NCBI RefSeq assembly: GCF_030028105.1
Contig: NC_092379.1
Location: 24,173,821-24,237,820, forward strand
From: Mobula birostris
Taxonomy: Eukaryota
DNA: 64,000 bases
Reading direction: 5' to 3'
The notes under the pieces were generated by a model, which had not been told where the DNA came from, did no database searches, and was given only the letters and a program-made list of their open reading frames with translations. Positions 62,510-64,000 of the stretch are shown piece after piece. Position numbers and translations under genes: made by a program. How positions within the stretch are numbered: the first letter of the stretch is position 1; each line of letters begins with the position of its first letter.

Positions 62510-64000
62510 ATCCTCAAAAACATAATATAATCTATGAGGCACGACCTCCGACAAAAAAGGTCATCATTACTATTTAGATAACTCAGCCTTGGAGGAAAAT
62601 GATAATGATTCGTCACTATATTAACCATCCAGCAATAAGGGCAACCCTTGGCCTCCTACAATATCGGCAGATTTAAAAATCACAACCTATTCAGCTCTTC
62701 TTATCACTGAAATACAACCTCCTCCCTTTTCTCGCACGTATTAGCAGCACAATTTCCAGCTTATTGTCTTGTTGAATGAGAAACACATTGGCAATCCGCC
62801 AGATTTTCGATATGTCTAGAGAAACCCCCAATTTCACCCGCCTACCTTGCATTTCCTATGTAATGCAACTATGTGCTTCATCGTCTTCAGTACAATTTTC
62901 AACACGAAATCCCACATCACTGGAAGGTGCTGGTATGTTTTCCCCATTCCTGAACAGCACACTTTACCTCTATATAAATCAGAAGAATTCGGTTTAGTAT
63001 CGAGTCCTTCACGTGCCTCATTACTTTCAACAATATCCTCATGTGGAAACCCAGGATCCTCATATCCTCCTTTATTACTCAGCCTTTTCCCTCCATGCTG
63101 GTTCACCATTCATTTTGCATCCTGAGTACTCATTTTGTTTCAATTCTGCAACACGATTTTCTTTCTGTCTACAACCAATTTGATCTCATAATGAATTGCG
63201 CTGCCCATTTTTATACGCAAGGTCAAATGAACACAAAGCTGTACAGGAACTCAATTTCTTGAACAATTAATGTGACGTTGTCAATAATAATAAAATACTT
63301 AGTGGAAACATGAAACAAATGTTTAATACAATTACACTTTAAAAACAAAGGATAAAATATCTCGAAATGTTCAGCAGAGCAGACAGTGTGTAGATGTGGA
63401 ACGAGCCTTATATCCATTAGGTGAACACAGTTTCTCTTTCAACAGATACTGACCAACCTGATGAGTGTTCCTATTATGTTCTGTTTTTGAATTATTATTT
63501 TAAGAGTACACCATTTAGCTATAGAATAACAAGCATGTGATATTCCTACCTCGGGGAACACTGTGAACATCGGTGACAAGGTCATTAATTAAAAAAAAAC
63601 AAACAAAATAAAAAAACACCGGATAAATCATAGATATTTTTATTTGTGAAAGTCTACATCAGTGCAAACAGAAATAATATATTTCTGTTGAAAATCAGCT
63701 TTGGTAACGATAGGTTATTTCCATTGTTGAGAATGCAGTGCAGATTCATCAGAATATAGACTGGATGAGAAGATTTTATTTTCATCACTTCACTTATACT
63801 CTATAAATTCAATGTTCGTCACCTGGAACTTGTACCTAGACGAGGTGTGGAATCAGATATAACGAATTATTTTAAGGGGCATTTAGTCAAGGACGTAAGC
63901 AGGCAAGCCATCGCGAAAACGCAGTCCTTACTGCGGCAAGTTTTATTCATGCAGATTGGTCAATGTATTGGAATGGACGTGGGGAGTAGTAGGCCGATTT

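Noticed and set aside
62834-63109. Minus-strand ORF considered as an Ig transmembrane or host exon
   Set aside because: No hydrophobic segment or CART motif; splice sites are unconvincing.

Overview
This is repeat-rich eukaryotic DNA, most likely from a cartilaginous fish (shark or ray). That assignment is inferred from the IgW-like VH sequence and the CR1, Penelope and Rex1 repeat content. There are no bacterial genes, rRNA/tRNA genes or CRISPR arrays. The host content is a decayed immunoglobulin heavy-chain region on the minus strand: (1) a pseudogene V segment at 411-705 with a 23-bp-spacer RSS; (2) an intact-frame V segment (leader 37327-37372, V exon 36918-37217) with a 23-RSS and a GC splice donor; (3) a 12/12-RSS D candidate at 36264-36271; (4) possible fossil constant-domain exons at about 14.2-19.5 kb. 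I could not recognise a J segment. Both V cassettes carry the same ~47-bp upstream minisatellite, and in the second cassette it is split by ~9.4 kb of nested transposons. Most of the rest is mobile DNA: many CR1 LINEs (one nearly full length), a standard Ty3/Gypsy element, a Gmr1-type Gypsy element (INT before RT), sushi-like LTRs including a three-LTR tandem array inside one 5-bp TSD, a Penelope-like element with a hammerhead ribozyme, a palindromic Penelope derivative, a Rex1/Babar fragment and an internally deleted Academ-like DNA transposon. Family names come from recognised protein and sequence motifs, not database searches. Boundaries of degraded repeats are approximate.
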